64,000 bases of DNA from Eledone cirrhosa (Eukaryota). Below, piece by piece: positions 62,201-64,000 of the stretch (positions are counted from its first letter, which is position 1; each line of letters starts with the position of its first letter). A program made the translations under genes and the position numbers. The DNA is taken from the NCBI GenBank assembly GCA_964016885.1, contig OZ024746.1:63426001-63490000 (forward strand), written 5' to 3'. The notes below the pieces were generated by a model. That model was not told the origin of the DNA. It saw only the letters and a program-made list of their open reading frames with translations, and searched no databases.

Positions 62201-63860
62201 CATCTCAGCAACTATCCTCGACGGTCCAGCAGCCTTACCATTCTTCATTTCCTTAATTGCCTCTTGTACCCTATATTCATCAATCTCAATAACTGGTCCC
62301 TCTGTCTGACATTTCCAGGCTTCCTTTTTTTGATCATTCGTGTCACTAAGTACACTGGCATCATATCCCCAACAACGTCCTGATTTGTCCTGACACCCTG
62401 TCTTGCAATGCAGAACACCGCATGTCTCAGATCTTACCGTCGCAGAACATTGGCAAATTTCCTACTCTCAACCTCCCTGCATGCTAAGTACACCTGGTGT
62501 CTAACTTCTCTCTTAGCGGCTGTGTATCCTTCTCTACTCCCACCGTTTTTCCAAGCCTTCCATATATATATAAGCAGACGTAAAATGATGATGATGATAT
62601 ATATATATATATATATATAGTCACTTTTCAAATACTGGACTATTTATTATGAACTGTACCAATCAACAACTAATCAGTTACATCATATATTAAGGGGAGG
62701 GGAATTGAAGATTGTGATATTAATGCCTTTCCAATGGTATGAGTGGAGCGAAAATTATGAGTTAAAACCAGGGTTTGGGACATTGTGAACTTTTTCATTT
62801 TAAATTGTTCACCACATAAGGAGAATCTACATGGTTGCTTAACCAACTCAAAATAGTAGTGAACTCTCAGGTCTCACTTTTCAGTCTTAAAAAGGGACAT
62901 ATCATCATCATGATCATCATCGTTTAACGTCTATCTTCCACGCTAGCATGGGTTTAGACGGGAATTGTCCCACTTGATGCAAGATTGGTTGGGTGACCAT
63001 GTCTCGCTCGTATAGGACTGTCTGGCAGGTTTTCTACGGATGGATGCCCTTCCTAACACCAACCATATTTACAGTGTGGACTGGGAGGTTTTTACCGTGT
63101 TACTTACATGGCCACATTACAGCGTGGACTGCGTTTTTTTTTGTCGTGACACCTACATGACCTCATTTATTTTGGACTGGATGTTGTGGTACCAACATAA
63201 CTTTACAGAGAAAGGGTGGTGTTGTTGGTGGGGGAGGGGGGGGTATATATTTGGTTATAAGGTGCCTACTGACTGTAGGTTTCGCTTTGTTCATTGACAA
63301 GGCGGGTCTTCTGTATTACTGCGTAGCACCAAAGATCTCGGTCCAGTGACATTGTCTTAGAGAGGTATATAGATAATGTAATATCTGGAATATATAACTA
63401 AAAAAAAAAAAAGACAAGATGGTTATAGTTAAAATGATATTGATCATAGGACTGACCTGTAACTAAATACTATGATTTTCAGATACTGATTAATAATTAG
63501 AACCTGGCAAATGATATTTAAATGTTCATGAAAAGTAAATAAACACAATTTACATTTAAATATAATGATTGAATGTTTATTATTGAAATATATTAACAGT
63601 TAAATTGATATAAATATATGACTACATTTTTGTATTGCATGATGTAAGAAATAGCTAGTGTAGATCAGTATACTGTTTGTTACTATCATGTGCTTTTAGG
63701 TAAAATGTTTGATCAATGTAAACTGTTCTTTTTTAGAGTATTCCAGGAGGTTTTAATGCTCTGCAGCGAATGTACCGTGATATCCAAGAGCCTATGATGA
63801 ATGCTGCACAGGAGGGTTTTGGCTCTAACCCTTTTGCCTCTTTGGTATCTAACTCTGGTG
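43136..63860 (+). CDS. UBQLN: Ubiquilin (UBL-STI1-UBA proteasome shuttle), first 7 coding exons; continues beyond window
   Basis: UBL domain (VKTPKEK...[28 protein letters not shown]), STI1 repeats ([39 protein letters not shown]). Confidence 0.95.
47200..47720 (-). mobile_element. Possible Penelope-like relic
   Basis: [11 protein letters not shown] resembles the PLE post-RT motif SIPYSQALRL. Confidence 0.35.
49718..49870 (+). CDS. UBQLN: Ubiquilin coding exon 2 (UBL)
   Basis: 153 nt; FAGKILKD. Confidence 0.96.
50560..51720 (-). mobile_element. Decayed LINE RT relic
   Basis: Frameshifted QYGFRK, D.SKAF..V, LL.KLP..GI.P motifs. Confidence 0.5.
53640..53910 (+). mobile_element. tRNA-derived SINE
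   Basis: A-box-like TGGTCTAGTTG, B-box-like GAGTTTGATTCC, CTTGAGCAAAACACTTCATTTCAC core, CCCTGCAATGGACTAGC. Confidence 0.7.
54829..55256 (-). mobile_element. SINE with RTE-like tail
   Basis: Closely similar to 62902-63320. Confidence 0.8.
55760..56600 (-). mobile_element. SINE fragments carrying short arrays of the 48-bp internal repeat
   Basis: (CAT)n tail; CTGGGTGCTTTTT units; 56425-56595 matches 880-1020. Confidence 0.65.
57293..57511 (+). CDS. UBQLN: Ubiquilin coding exon 3 (S/G/T linker, [22 protein letters not shown])
   Basis: 219 nt; phase 0/0. Confidence 0.92.
58064..58189 (+). CDS. UBQLN: Ubiquilin coding exon 4 (STI1)
   Basis: 126 nt; [15 protein letters not shown]. Confidence 0.94.
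58911..58961 (+). CDS. UBQLN: Ubiquilin coding exon 5 ([17 protein letters not shown])
   Basis: 51 nt; conserved. Confidence 0.93.
59075..59300 (-). mobile_element. Old RTE 3' fragment
   Basis: [23 protein letters not shown]. Confidence 0.6.
60273..60350 (+). CDS. UBQLN: Ubiquilin coding exon 6 ([26 protein letters not shown])
   Basis: 78 nt; conserved. Confidence 0.95.
60617..62570 (-). mobile_element. RTE-clade LINE, 5'-truncated, frameshifted
   Basis: [32 protein letters not shown]; (GAT)n tail. Confidence 0.93.
62902..63360 (-). mobile_element. SINE with RTE-like tail
   Basis: Closely similar to 54829-55256. Confidence 0.8.
63737..63860 (+). CDS. UBQLN: Ubiquilin coding exon 7 ([24 protein letters not shown]...NPFASL)
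   Basis: 124 nt; conserved; |gtaagt donor. Confidence 0.95.
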
Positions 63861-64000
63861 GTAAGTTTTGTTCTTATTTTCTTATTTATATTTAATCTAT
63901 TCCCATCTAAAGTAGCAGCTTGGCAGAGTTCTTAGAGCATAGATTTTAATGTCCCAATATTTATTTGGGCTTTCTGTACTTGGAGTTGAAATCCTGCCGA

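Overview
AT-rich, intron-rich animal genomic DNA; the SINE/RTE repertoire suggests a coleoid cephalopod (octopus-like), which is inference. Two housekeeping genes are arranged divergently. On the minus strand is a complete mitochondrial DNA polymerase gamma gene (POLG; 22 coding exons, 29389->1801, 3405 nt, 1134 aa by my exon assembly). On the plus strand are the first 7 coding exons of a ubiquilin (43136 onward, running off the window). A possible terminal exon of a convergent gene lies at 86-148. Introns and the intergenic region are packed with RTE and CR1/L2-type LINEs (one nested, near-intact), SINEs, TTAA-type MITEs, minisatellites, and Gypsy, RLE-type and Penelope relics. The most interesting signals: (1) several normally conserved Gly codons in the POLG polymerase domain are genomically Ser/Arg codons one A-to-G change from Gly, beside intronic fold-back repeats (candidate restorative A-to-I recoding); (2) a young LINE whose AUG-less ORF2 joins ORF1 through a G_GGA_AAC -1 frameshift heptamer; (3) a minimal type I hammerhead ribozyme; (4) a minisatellite built from 7 copies of a POLG 3' splice site. 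Homolog comparisons are from memory and need confirming by alignment.
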